This document shows positions 26,900 through 39,040 of a DNA stretch of 64,000 nt, piece after piece (the stretch's first letter is position 1; each line of letters starts with the position of its first letter). Made by a program: the position numbers and the translations under genes. The notes beneath the pieces are model-generated. The model was not told the DNA's origin. It worked only from the letters and a program-made list of their open reading frames with translations, and made no database searches. The DNA lies in contig NC_043006.1 of the NCBI RefSeq assembly GCF_006345805.1, positions 4,340,001 to 4,404,000 of the forward strand. Reading direction: 5' to 3'. Origin of the DNA: Octopus sinensis (taxonomy: Eukaryota).

Positions 26900-29850
26900 A
26901 AAAGAAGTCAAAGACGTTAATCAGTGTTGACGGAGGAATAAATACCGTACATGATATAGAAACCGAATTACAGATACATTTTGCTACACTCGCATACACG
27001 CATCCATGCACCAACTGATACAAACACGCACAGAGACACCATCGCACACACACACACACACGGACATAATTATTTGCACCACATTTTCTCTTCAATTGTC
27101 TCAAACTTTTATATCAGAAATCTCACGAATTTCTCCCCGCAACATTCGCAGTGTTTCACAAACAATAACACAGTTCGGATAGAGAAAGATTGTAAACATA
27201 CACAGAAATACACGCGCATGCACTCACTGGGTTTCGTCTTGTATCGTGCATTAAAATTTCCCATATTTTTAGAAAGGGACCCACACTCACACTCTCACAT
27301 TTACAAAAAATAAAACTGGACTTTGGATGTATAGACAAGGGTGGTTAAAATGAAGGATAGGCACATATTACAAATTTAGAAAGATAACGTAATGAAATAT
27401 TAAAGAAGATTTAAATATAAGAGGTTTTAGAGGAATAGAGAATTCAGCGGATGATAAGGAAAGAGAAAATGATATGAAGAAATCATGAAAGAGAATTTTT
27501 ACATAAAGGAGAAGAAAAGGAAGAAGAAGAAGAAGAAGAAGAAGAAGAAGAAGAAGAAGAAGAAGAAGAAGAAGAAAAAGAAGAAGTGTGAGATTGATAG
27601 TGATGAATATGTTAATAAGGCAAAGGTGAAAATAAATGGTGGTACTATCCATAACGAAGAGATTATGATGATGACGACGAGAGTGATGTTGTTAATGCTG
27701 ATTGTTATGATAATGATTGAGGATTAGCATTTCAATAGTGAACATGAATATGATATTGAGGATGATGACGATGATGGTAATGTATTTGTCGTCCAGGATC
27801 AGAATGGATTTCAAGATATTGTATCTCTATCGTGGTGCTATTTGGTAATAAATGATCTCGATGATGAAGATGGCGACGATGAACTTGATGATGTTTATGA
27901 GGGAGAAATGTAACAATGAAGATGAGATTAATGAGTCTGATGAGGACAGAGAGGAAGACGTCCATAGTTATCACGGTGGCAATGGTGGTGAATTAAATAC
28001 AGAGTTTGGGGGAATAAGAGACTTCAGCTGATGATGGAGAAAGAGGATATTTTTACACACACGAGAAATAAAGAAAGAAGGAGAAGAAGGAGACGAGGGG
28101 GTGAAGAGGAAGGTGAGGAAAAGGTGATGATGAAGAAGAAGATAGAAGGGAGCAGGAAAAGCAGAACAAGAAGAAAAGGGGATGATGATGAAGACGATGG
28201 TAATGAGAATAAAACAGATGAAGTAGAGAAAGAACAAGAAGATGTGAAAGAAGGTTTGAAGGAGAAGACGAAGTAGAAGAAAAAGAGGAAAAGTAAGAAG
28301 AAGAATAAGGAGGAAGAGGAGGAGAATAGGATGAAGAAGAAGAAGAAGAAGAGCAAGAAGAATAGAAGTGGATGATGTTGGAGATGAAAGCGGAATAGGA
28401 AAAGATGAAAAGGAGAGTAAAACAGATGAAGTAAAGAAAGAAAAGGAAAAGGGGAAAGAAGGGTTTAAGGAGACGACCAAGAATTAGGAAAAGAAGAAGA
28501 CAAGAAGAAGATGTATAAGTAAAAGGAAAAAAGGAGGAAAGGAAGAAGAAGGGGAAGGTGGAGAAGAAAAAGAAGAAAAAAGATGAAACGAAGAGGAGGA
28601 TGAAGTGGAGCAGGGGGATGATAAAGACGAAGTAGAAAGACAGGAAATCTAAGATGTTAATCATTGGTGATGGAAAAATAAATACGGTTCATGATGTAGA
28701 GACCGAATTACCAGTACATTTTTATACACTGCATACACACATCCATAGAAAAACAGACACATATATACACAAACACACATAATGACAACAGCCATATCTA
28801 TATATAAAAACCCACCCACACATACACACACACAAACGCACACACATACGCGCATGCACACATAAACACACACACATATACGCACACATATATATATAGA
28901 GAGAGTTATAGATAGATAGATATATATATATATATACATATAGAGATACACAGACATTGCACTATAAGTTCCCATACAATTGTCACAAATTGTTAAATCC
29001 GAAATCTCAGGAACGGCCCCCCAGAATATTAGCAATGATTTCACAAACAATAATACAGTTCGTTCAGAGAAAGATTGTAAACGTAATCAGGCATATACAC
29101 ATGCATGCAATAAATGTGTTCCATCTTGGATCGTGAACTCACATATCCAATATATAAGAAATGCTCCCACAATCACATACTCAATTACACAAACGATAAA
29201 AGGCTTCTTTCGAAGGACGGTTGAGGGAGCTTAAAGGAGCGATGGGCACATATTACAGATTGAGAGAAATGTCGTCAATGAAATGACTAAAGAAGGAAAT
29301 AGATTCGACTTAAAGATAATGAATTCAGAGAATTCAGCGGAAGAGAAAGAGAAAAGTTTATGAACGATTCAGGAACGAGAACTTTTACATACATGAGGAG
29401 AAGAAGAAGAAGAAGAAGAAGAAGAAGAAGAAGAGAGAAGAAGAAGAAGAAGAAGAAGAAGAAGAAGGATGATGATGAGGAGGAGGAGAAGAAGAAGAAG
29501 AAGAAGGAGGAGGAGGAGGATGAGATGAAGAAGAAGGAGGAGGAGATGAAGTAGGAGTACAGTTTGTATAATTAAAAGTAAAACAGAAGGAGGAAAAATA
29601 AGGAAAATGAGTAGGAGGAGAAGAAGAAAACAAAGAGGAAGGAATAAGAAGAGAAGAGGATCATGGGAAGAGGAACATGGGAAAGAATTGGTAGGGAAAG
29701 GCTAATCATTGGTAACACCGTACATGATATAGAGACCGATTTACAAGTACATTTCCATACACTTGCATACACATATACATAGACAAACAGACACATACAC
29801 ATTTAACCACACACATAGGCACCACCTATTTGTAGATAAACATATATATA
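26900..29850 (-). pseudogene. Exon-less remnants of LRR exon-intron cassettes
   Basis: 27100-27410 and 28980-29315 match the intron downstream of the LRR exons (cf. 41470-41800) but jump past the exon. Confidence 0.7.
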
Positions 29851-29860
29851 TATATATATA

Positions 29861-32800
29861 ATTAATCAATATAGGGAGGCAAAAAAATTTTGTAGAATTC
29901 TTTTGCCCCCAGCGGCCTAGTGGGAAAAAAATTAAATAGTCATAAACCATTTTTAAGTTCAATATCACAATCAAGGAACGGCCATAATAGGCCATTCACC
30001 CACTAGAAATAACAGCCAAAAAACTTCAACCGCAAAATAACATTAATTCTGTAAACCAGGAGAAAATTAAAAAAACATTTACCCTGAAATTCCTTATACG
30101 ATGCACCGTTTCGTCTACTGTTTAATGGTAAACTGACCTGATTAAATTAAATCAAGCCAATCTACCATAGGCCCTTAGATTCATCAGTAAGGAATAGCCA
30201 AATCGGAACAGATATTTTTCACGAGGCATTCACGTCCATGCCTCGCCAATATCTGACCTAAAATTTTCAAATCGTCGCACTCGCGCCAAATTTATCGGCA
30301 GCAAATAAATATAAGCCGCCGATTCCATTACGGAACTAACCAGAAAATTCATAATTAATCAATATAGGGAGGCAAAAAAATTTTGTAGAATTCTTTTGCC
30401 CCCAGCGGCCTAGTGGGAAAAAAATTAAATAGTCATAAACCATTTTTAAGTTCAATATCACAATCAAGGAACGGCCATAATAGGCCATTCACCCACTAGA
30501 AATAACAGCCAAAAAGCTTCAACCGCAAAATAACATTAATTCTGTAAACCAGGAGAAAATTAAAAAAACATTTACCCTGAAATTCCTTATACGATGCACC
30601 GTTTCGTCTACTGTTTAATGGTAAACTGACCTGATTAAATTAAATCAAGCCAATCTACCATAGGCCCTTAGATTCATCAGTAAGGAATAGCCAAATCGGA
30701 ACAGATATTTTTCACGAGGCATTCACGTCCATGCCTCGCCAATATCTGACCTAAAATTTTCAAATCGTCGCACTCGCGCCAAATTTATCGGCAGCAAATA
30801 ATATAAGCCGCCGATTCCATTACGGAACTAACCAGAAAATTCATAATTAATCAATATAGGGAGGCAAAAAAATTTTGTAGAATTCTTTTGCCCCCAGCGC
30901 CTAGTGGGAAAAAAATTAAATAGTCATAAACCATTTTTAAGTTCAATATCACAATCAAGGAACGGCCATAATAGGCCATTCACCCACTAGAAATAACAGC
31001 CAAAAAGCTTCAACCGCAAAATAACATTAATTCTGTAAACCAGGAGAAAATTAAAAAAACATTTACCCTGAAATTCCTTATACGATGCACCGTTTCGTCT
31101 ACTGTTTAATGGTAAACTGACCTGATTAAATAAATCAAGCCAATCTACCATAGGCCCTTAGATTCATCAGTAAGGAATAGCCAAATCGGAACAGATTTTT
31201 TCACGAGGCATTCACGTCCATGCCTCGCCAATATCTGACCTAAAATTTTCAAATCGTCGCACTCGCGCCAAATTTATCGGCAGCAAATAAATATAAGCCG
31301 CCGATTCCATTACGGAACTAACCAGAAAATTCATAATTATCAATATAGGGAGGCAAAAAAATTTTGTAGAATTCTTTTGCCCCCAGCGGCCTAGTGGGAA
31401 AAAAATTAAATAGTCATAAACCATTTTTAAGTTCAATATCACAATCAAGGAACGGCCATAATAGGCCATTCACCCACTAGAAATAACAGCCAAAAAGCTT
31501 CAACGCAAAATAACATTAATTCTGTAAACCAGGAGAAAATTAAAAAAACATTTACCCTGAAATTCCTTATACGATGCACCGTTTCGTCTACTGTTTAATG
31601 GTAAACTGACCTGATTAATTAAATCAAGCCAATCTACCATAGGCCCTTAGATTCATCAGTAAGGAATAGCCAAATCGGAACAGATATTTTTCACGAGGCA
31701 TTCACGTCCATGCCTCGCCAATATCTGACCTAAAATTTTCAAATCGTCGCACTCGCGCCAAATTTATCGGCAGCAAATAAATATAAGCCGCCGATTCCAT
31801 TACGGACTAACCAGAAAATTCATAATTAATCAATATAGGGAGGCAAAAAAATTTTGTAGAATTCTTTTGCCCCCAGCGGCCTAGTGGGAAAAAAATTAAA
31901 TAGTCATAAACCATTTTTAAGTCAATATCACAATCAAGGAACGGCCATAATAGGCCATTCACCCACTAGAAATAACAGCCAAAAAGCTTCAACCGCAAAA
32001 TAACATTAATTCTGTAAACCAGGAGAAAATTAAAAAAACATTTACCCTGAAATTCCTTATACGATGCACCGTTTCGTCTACTGTTTAATGGTAAACTGAC
32101 CTGATTAAATTAAATCAAGCCAATCTACCATAGGCCCTTAGATTAATCAGTAAGGAATAGCCAAATCGGAACAGATATTTTTCACGAGGCATTCACGTCC
32201 ATGCCTCGCCAATATCTGACCTAAAATTTTCAAATCGTCGCACTCGCGCCAAATTTATCGGCAGCAAATAAATATAAGCCGCCGATTCCATTACGGAACT
32301 AACCAGAAAATTCATAATTAATCAATATAGGAGGCAAAAAAATTTTGTAGAATTCTTTTGCCCCCAGCGGCCTAGTGGGAAAAAAATTAAATGGTCATAA
32401 ACCATTTTTAAGTTCAATATCACAATCAAGGAACGGCCATAATAGGCCATTCACCCACTAGAAATAACAGCCAAAAAGCTTCAACGCAAAATAACATTAA
32501 TTCTGTAAACCAGGAGAAAATTAAAAAAACATTTACCCTGAAATTCCTTATACGATGCACCGTTTCGTCTACTGTTTAATGGTAAACTGACCTGATTAAA
32601 TTAAATCAAGCCAATCTACCATAGGCCCTTAGATTCATCAGTAAGGAATAGCCAAATCGGAACAGATATTTTTCACGAGGCATTCACGTCCATGCCTCGC
32701 CAATATCTGACCTAAAATTTTCAAATCGTCGCACTCGCGCCAAATTTATCGGCAGCAAATAAATATAAGCCGCCGATTCCATTACGGAACTAACCAGAAA

Positions 32801-33499
32801 ATTCATAATTAATCAATATAGGGAGGCAAAAAAATTTTGTAGAATTCTTTTGCCCCCAGCGGCCTAGTGGGAAAAAAATTAAATAGTCATAAACCATTTT
32901 TAAGTTCAATATCACAATCAAGGAACGGCCATAATAGGCCATTCACCCACTAGAAATAACAGCCAAAAAGTTTCAACCGCAAAATAACATTAATTCTGTA
33001 AACCAGGAGAAAATTAAAAAAACATTTACCCTGAAATTCCTTATACGATGCACCGTTTCGTCTACTGTTTAATGGTAAACTGACCTGATTAAATTAAATC
33101 AAGCCAATCTACCATAGGCCCTTAGATTCATCAGTAAGGAATAGCCAAATCGGAACAGATATTTTTCACGAGGCATTCACGTCCATGCCTCGCCAATATC
33201 TGACCTAAAATTTTCAAATCGTCGCACTCGCGCCAAATTATCGGCAGCAAATAAATATAAGCCGCCGATTCCATTACGGAACTAACCAGAAAATTCATAA
33301 TTAATCAATATAGGGAGGCAAAAAAATTTTGTAGAATTCTTTTGCCCCCAGCGGCCTAGTGGGAAAAAAATTAAATAGTCATAAACCATTTTTAAGTTCA
33401 ATATCACAATCAAGGAACGGCCATAATAGGCCATTCACCCACTAGAAATAACAGCCAAAAAGCTTCAACCGCAAAATAACATTAATTCTGTAAACCAGG
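29861..33499 (-). repeat. Tandem array of ~492-bp hammerhead-bearing monomers (7 full + 1 partial); retrozyme-like
   Basis: Unit starts near 29861, 30354, 30846, 31336, 31825, 32317, 32808 and 33300. Units differ mostly by single-base deletions. Confidence 0.95.
30089..30195 (-). ncRNA. Type I hammerhead ribozyme (first of 7 minus-strand copies, one per full monomer)
   Basis: Minus strand reads AUUCCUUA-CUGAUGA-AUCUA...UAGAC-GAAA-CGGUGCAUCG-UA-UAAGGAAU: 8-bp stem I, intact core, GUA cleavage triplet, 19-bp hairpin within domain II. Confidence 0.88.
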
Positions 33500-33735
33500 C
33501 TATTCCTTACTGATGAATCTAAGGGCCTATGGTAGATTGGCTTGATTTAATTTAATCAGGTCAGTTTACCATTAAACAGTAGACGAAACGGTGCATCGTA
33601 TAAGGAATTTCAGGGTAAATGTTTTTTTAATTTTCTCCTGGTTTACAGAATTAATGTTATTTTGCGGTTGAAGCTTTTTGGCTGTTATTTCTAGTGGGTG
33701 AATGGCCTATTATGGCCGTTCCTTGATTGTGATAT
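33498..33735 (+). repeat. Inverted partial monomer at the array end, containing a plus-strand hammerhead (~33502-33608)
   Basis: ggctattccttactgatgaatc...ccttgattgtgatat is the reverse complement of part of the monomer; GG microhomology at the junction. Confidence 0.92.
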
Positions 33736-33741
33736 ATATAT

Positions 33742-33833
<92 letters not shown>

Positions 33834-33885
33834 GAAAAAACAAGTCAAAATTGAAAATGCTAAAATTATTTTATAAAGAACATTT

Positions 33886-33923
33886 CAGTACCGGTTTCGG
33901 TCATTTTGAGACCTTTTCAACTG
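33886..33923 (-). ncRNA. Minimal Penelope-type hammerhead, U3-A8 core variant
   Basis: CAG-UUGAAAA-GGUC-ucaaaau-GACC-GAAA-CCGG-UA-CUG; identical copy at 50590-50627. Confidence 0.65.
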
Positions 33924-34011
33924 TAACGATTAAATAATTAAATTTAGAAAAATTAGAAGAAAAGTTTTTTTAAAGGAATATTTGTATAGTGTTCAAATAT
34001 AAGTGGCATTC

Positions 34012-34960
34012 ATACAGATAAAGGGTGAAATATCGTTAATTTAATAAAATCAACAAATTTCACCAAGTAATATTTCGGTATGGAAAAGGACCATATTCGG
34101 TAAAAGTTTGTCGCCTGGTCGGAAATATGGAGGGTAAGATTTCCTAGCATTTCTAGATATATTTACCGGAATATTATGTTGATAAGGGAAATGAATCTTT
34201 GATCATAATCCAGAAACGTACGTCCATAGTTGACCGTGGACTGTTTGATTTTTTTCTTCTTTTTTTGCCACATAATGAGTTACAAATACTGTTGTCTGTG
34301 GAGACATATATTTGTAGTAATAGATATAACAGTCCTCTGGCTGCCATTTCTAATACTTTCGGTATGTGGTCTAGCAACTTGTTGCAAAGACCATCTTTGT
34401 TATAATTATATAAACTTTTACCGAATATGGTCCTTTTCCATACCGAAATACTACTTGGTGAAATTTGTTGGTTTTATTAAATTAATTATATTTCACCCTT
34501 TATCTGTATTGATTATTTTACTCCCCTACGTCTGAACTACGAATTTATTTTCGACAGTATTATTTTGTGACTAACGTGGGAAAATATTCTGGAGGGAAAT
34601 ACGAATTCACTTGTCTATATAAATGTGGATATGCTGATTAGCTTCTGTATGCCTCGATGTCGCCTGATCGGAAATATGGAGGGTAAGAATTCCTAGCATC
34701 TCTAGATTTATTTACCGGAAAATTACGTTGACAAAGGAAATAAATCTTTGATTCTAATCCAGAAACGGACATCCATAATTGACCGTGGACTGTTTGATTT
34801 CACAATTTTCTTCTTTTTTTTTGCAACATAATGAGTTACAAATACTGTTGTCTGTGGAGACATAATTTTGTAGTAAAGAAATAACAGTCCTCTGGCTGCT
34901 ATTTCTAATACTTTGGGTATGTTATCTAGCAACTTGTTGCAAAAACCCTCTTTGTTTATA
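34012..34960. repeat. Composite inverted and direct repeat
   Basis: 34012-34109 is inverted at 34412-34509; interior 34110-34400 is repeated directly at ~34659-34960. Confidence 0.85.
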
Positions 34961-34966
34961 TATATA

Positions 34967-35016
<50 letters not shown>

Positions 35017-35479
35017 TATTCACAGACTCACACACACACACACACACAAACAACACACACACACATATATATATATATATACATTTACACAGGTATCGAT
35101 ATATATAAAACTGAGAATGTACGTTTGTCTGTCTATATGTCTGTCAGTGTGAATCCCTAAAACGTGAGAACTACACAACCGATTTCATTCGAATTTTACA
35201 CATGCCTTACTTAGGATCCATGTAGTGTCATGGGCCAAACAATCTTTACTTCATGCTCAGGGCGAGGCCACTGCAATATCATATCTTCTCCACTATTTCA
35301 GTATTACGTGTTAAAAGTGAAACAAAAACATCTCTCTATTGCAATGTCAGAAGCTTTCACTTTAATGCCGAAACTATTAAATCAAACTATTATATAAGAG
35401 GGATCAACCATTAACAGTAGCCATCCACTTTGCAAGAAGCCTGTCGTATATATGTATATATATGTATATGTGTGTGTTT

Positions 35480-35670
35480 GTACCCCTAGCATTGCTTGAC
35501 AACCGATGCTGGTGTGTTTACGTCCCCGTCAATTAGCGGTTCGGCAAAAGACACCGATAGAATAAGTACTGGGCTTACAATGAATAAGTCCCGGGTCGAT
35601 TTGCTCGACTAAAGGCGGTGCCCCAGCATGGCCGCAGTCAATAACTGAAACAAGTAAAAGAGTAAAAGAG
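35480..35670 (+). mobile_element. SINE family B, 3' half
   Basis: Matches 45010-45215. Confidence 0.8.
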
Positions 35671-35671
35671 A

Positions 35672-35704
<33 letters not shown>

Positions 35705-35792
35705 GTACATATATATTATATATATATATATATGTATACATATAGATGTATATATATATATATATATATATATTCTTATATATATTATATAC

Positions 35793-35836
<44 letters not shown>

Positions 35837-36404
35837 ATGTATAGATGTATTTCTATAGATATATATGTATACGTATAATTGTATGTATAGATGTATATAT
35901 ATAGATGTACATGTAATATGTACACATATATATATACACATATATACATCCATACACATATACATACACACACCTAGACACACAAACACACAAACACCTA
36001 CACACACATTCATAGGTGCAGGTTTGGCAGTATGGTAACAAACTTGGTTCCAAAACACATGGTCCTCAGTCCAGTCCCACTGTATGATTACTTGGCATGT
36101 GTCTTCTGCTATAGCCTCAGACTAACCAAACCCTTGTCAGTGGATTTTGTGAGCAGAAACTGAAAGAAATCAATTGTATATATATGTATATATATATATG
36201 TAAGTGCATGTGTGTGTCTTTGTGTTTCTCCCTCATCACTGCTCCACAACTGGTGTTCGTTTATTTACATCCCCATTACTTACTGGTTTCACAAGAAGAA
36301 ACTGAGAGAATAAGTACCAGGCTTATGAAAATCAAACAAAGCACTAGGCACTGTCTCATATTTTTGTTTTCCCACTCAGTTGTATCTATCAATTTATCTT
36401 TGTC

Positions 36405-36491
<87 letters not shown>

Positions 36492-36791
36492 TATATAATG
36501 GATTCCTAAACAGGAACTGAAACAAATCATTCGTAGATATATGTATGTATATATGTAAGTGTATGTGCGTGCCTTTGTCTCTGTTTCGCCCTCATCACTA
36601 CTTCACAACTGCTGTTCATTTATTTACATCCCCATAACTTACTGGTTTCACAAGAACAAACCAATAGAATAAGTACCAGGGTTATCAATATAAAAAATCA
36701 CCTGGGTGTGTCTCATATTTTTGTTTCCCTACTCAGTTGTATCTGTCAATTTGTCTTTATATGTGTGTCTGTCTATATATATATATGTATA

Positions 36792-37184
36792 CTAGCAGTA
36801 TCGCCCGGCGTTGCTTGGGTTTGTAAGGGAAATAATTATATAAGCATTTTTAGAGATGTAAAGTATAATAGCCATCTCAATATGGCTAACCACAAAGGGG
36901 GAGGGGTGTTACTGTAGCTTTTTACGTTCTGAGATTTAATAATAAATTTTAGAGAGTTACTTCCCTTATATATGTCAAAAATGGATTAAAATGGAAAAAT
37001 TGATGGTAATTTTTTTTTTAAATCGTAGACTCATCGTAGACGCGCGCTAATACCTAGACGGTCTCGATATGAATCACGACTATAAGATACCCGGTTTTGG
37101 TTAAACTGCACCGCAAAATGTGGGAGTAGTTAGGAATCTAAATCGTAGGAGACAGACACACAACCTCACTTTTATATATAAAGA
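36792..37184 (-). mobile_element. Non-autonomous Helitron-like element
   Basis: Minus strand starts TCtttatatataaaag and ends with a cccaagcaacgccgggcg hairpin plus CTAG, like 18872-19310. Confidence 0.7.
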
Positions 37185-37247
37185 TTTCCTCTATTTACAT
37201 AATATTGAGGTCTCTTTCTTTCTTTTGTTATCTTACTGTTTTTACCA

Positions 37248-37278
<31 letters not shown>

Positions 37279-37295
37279 AATATATATATATAGTT

Positions 37296-37612
37296 AGAGA
37301 GATGTACTTGCATAGCAAGTGACTTGATCTGAGATCGTGTGCTGGAACGAAAACAGTTGCAGCGTTGAAGGTGTTTATAAGCCATTTAAGAAACACACAA
37401 AAACCGTTAGATTCACTTCAACATTTAAATTTAATTTGTCAAAATATTTTCGTCGCTTGAGACCGCGACCTGTTAGCACGATATTTTTGTCAGTGAACAG
37501 GTCGCGGTCTCAAAGCGACGAAAATATTTTGGCAAATTAAATTTAAATGTTGAAGTGAATGTAACGGTTTTTGTGTTTCTTAAATGGCTTACAAACACCT
37601 TCCAGGCTGCAA
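37296..37612. mobile_element. Palindromic MITE (fold-back); half copy at ~13400-13595
   Basis: ~37360-37474 is the reverse complement of ~37497-37612. Confidence 0.8.
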
Positions 37613-37974
37613 TATATATATACACACATATATATATATGTATGTATGTATGTATGTGTGTATATGTGTATGCATGTATGTGTGTGTGCGTGTCTGTGCT
37701 TGTGATTGTCCTCCACCACTGCTTGACAACGAATGTTGGTTTGTTTACATCCCTGTCACCTAGTGGTTTGACAAAGGAAACAGATAGAATAAGTACAATG
37801 CTTACAAAAATAAAACTGGAGTCGATTCATTAAACTACAATTCTTCAAGGCATTGCCCCAGCATGGCCACAGACCAATGGCTGGAAAAAGCAGAAGAATA
37901 AAAGAATACATTCTCTGCTTTGGTCTTATGTTCAAGGCATGAGAAGCTTGAGTTTACATGAGAAGGCCTAACAG

Positions 37975-38450
37975 ACCTGGTAGAACAGCAGCCAAATCTC
38001 CCTCAAATCACACCTTACTGTCTTATGTATGTATAATATATGAGCCAATGAGGGGGACCTCTACATGGTAGCTAGACGTGGTAGAAATAGCAGCCAAATT
38101 TCCCCCAAATCACACCTTACTGTCTTATCTATGTATATATGTATGTATGAGCCTATGAGGGAGACCTCTACATGGCAGCTAGACCTGCTAGAAATAGCAG
38201 CCAAATTTCCCCCAAATCACACCTTACTGTCTTATCTATGTTATATGTATGTATGAGCCTATGAGGGAGACCCCTACATGGCAGCTAGACCTGGTAGAAA
38301 TAGCAGCCAAATTTCCCCCAAATCACACCTTACTGTCTTATCTATGTATATATGTATGTATGAGCCTATGAGGGAGACCCCTACATGGCAGCTAGACATG
38401 GTAGAAATAGCAGCCAAATCTTCCTCAAATCACACCTTACTGTCTTATCT
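37975..38450 (+). repeat. ~107-bp minisatellite, ~4.5 copies
   Basis: The unit gacc(t)gctagaaatagcagccaaatttcccccaaatcacaccttactgtcttat recurs every ~107 bp. Confidence 0.9.
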
Positions 38451-38934
38451 TTCTGCTACTTGGATATAGGTGTTATATTCGTCGTAAAAAACTTTCCTGT
38501 CACACACTCACGCACACGCACACACACACACACACACACACACGCCCACACACACCCACCCTCACACACACGCACGTTAGTTTACAATTTTATTTATTAT
38601 TTGCGTGTCTATGTGTTGAAAGAGGAAGTGGGAGGCAGAGTGAAAGAATCACTCACTACAGTAAGTCAATTACTTTCATTTTATTCGTTGCCCACTGTGT
38701 GTGTGCGTTTGCGTGTGCTGTAAACCAGACTAAGAAAAGCATTTGACACACACAACCAGAATGTGAGTTTTCTGTAAATTTTGCTTAATTGGAGTTTAAA
38801 TTTTAAAAACTGGACCTGGCATGACGCGATGCATTGTACTGTTAAAATGCAAGGTAAATTGTAATTGAAGAAATCCTATATTGTAGATTTGTATAACTCC
38901 CAAAGGGAGGCAGATAGAATCTGCCTTTTTAATA

Positions 38935-38980
<46 letters not shown>

Positions 38981-39040
38981 ATATATATAATGAATAATGA
39001 AAGAATGGAGTCGAACGAAGACTTTAACAAAATTCCTTTA

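Noticed and set aside
23698-29633. Long Ser/Phe/Leu- or Lys/Glu/Arg-rich ORFs (up to 299 aa)
   Set aside because: Stop-poor frames of (GAA)n-type tracts; the frames are not conserved between the duplicate copies.
31212-31469. Short ORF in the satellite monomer (MAYYGRSLIV...)
   Set aside because: Its length depends on single-base indels between units and it has no recognisable motif.
29861-33499. CRISPR or rDNA/5S/snRNA tandem interpretation of the array
   Set aside because: No unique spacers and no rRNA or snRNA motifs recognised; the hammerhead explains the structure.
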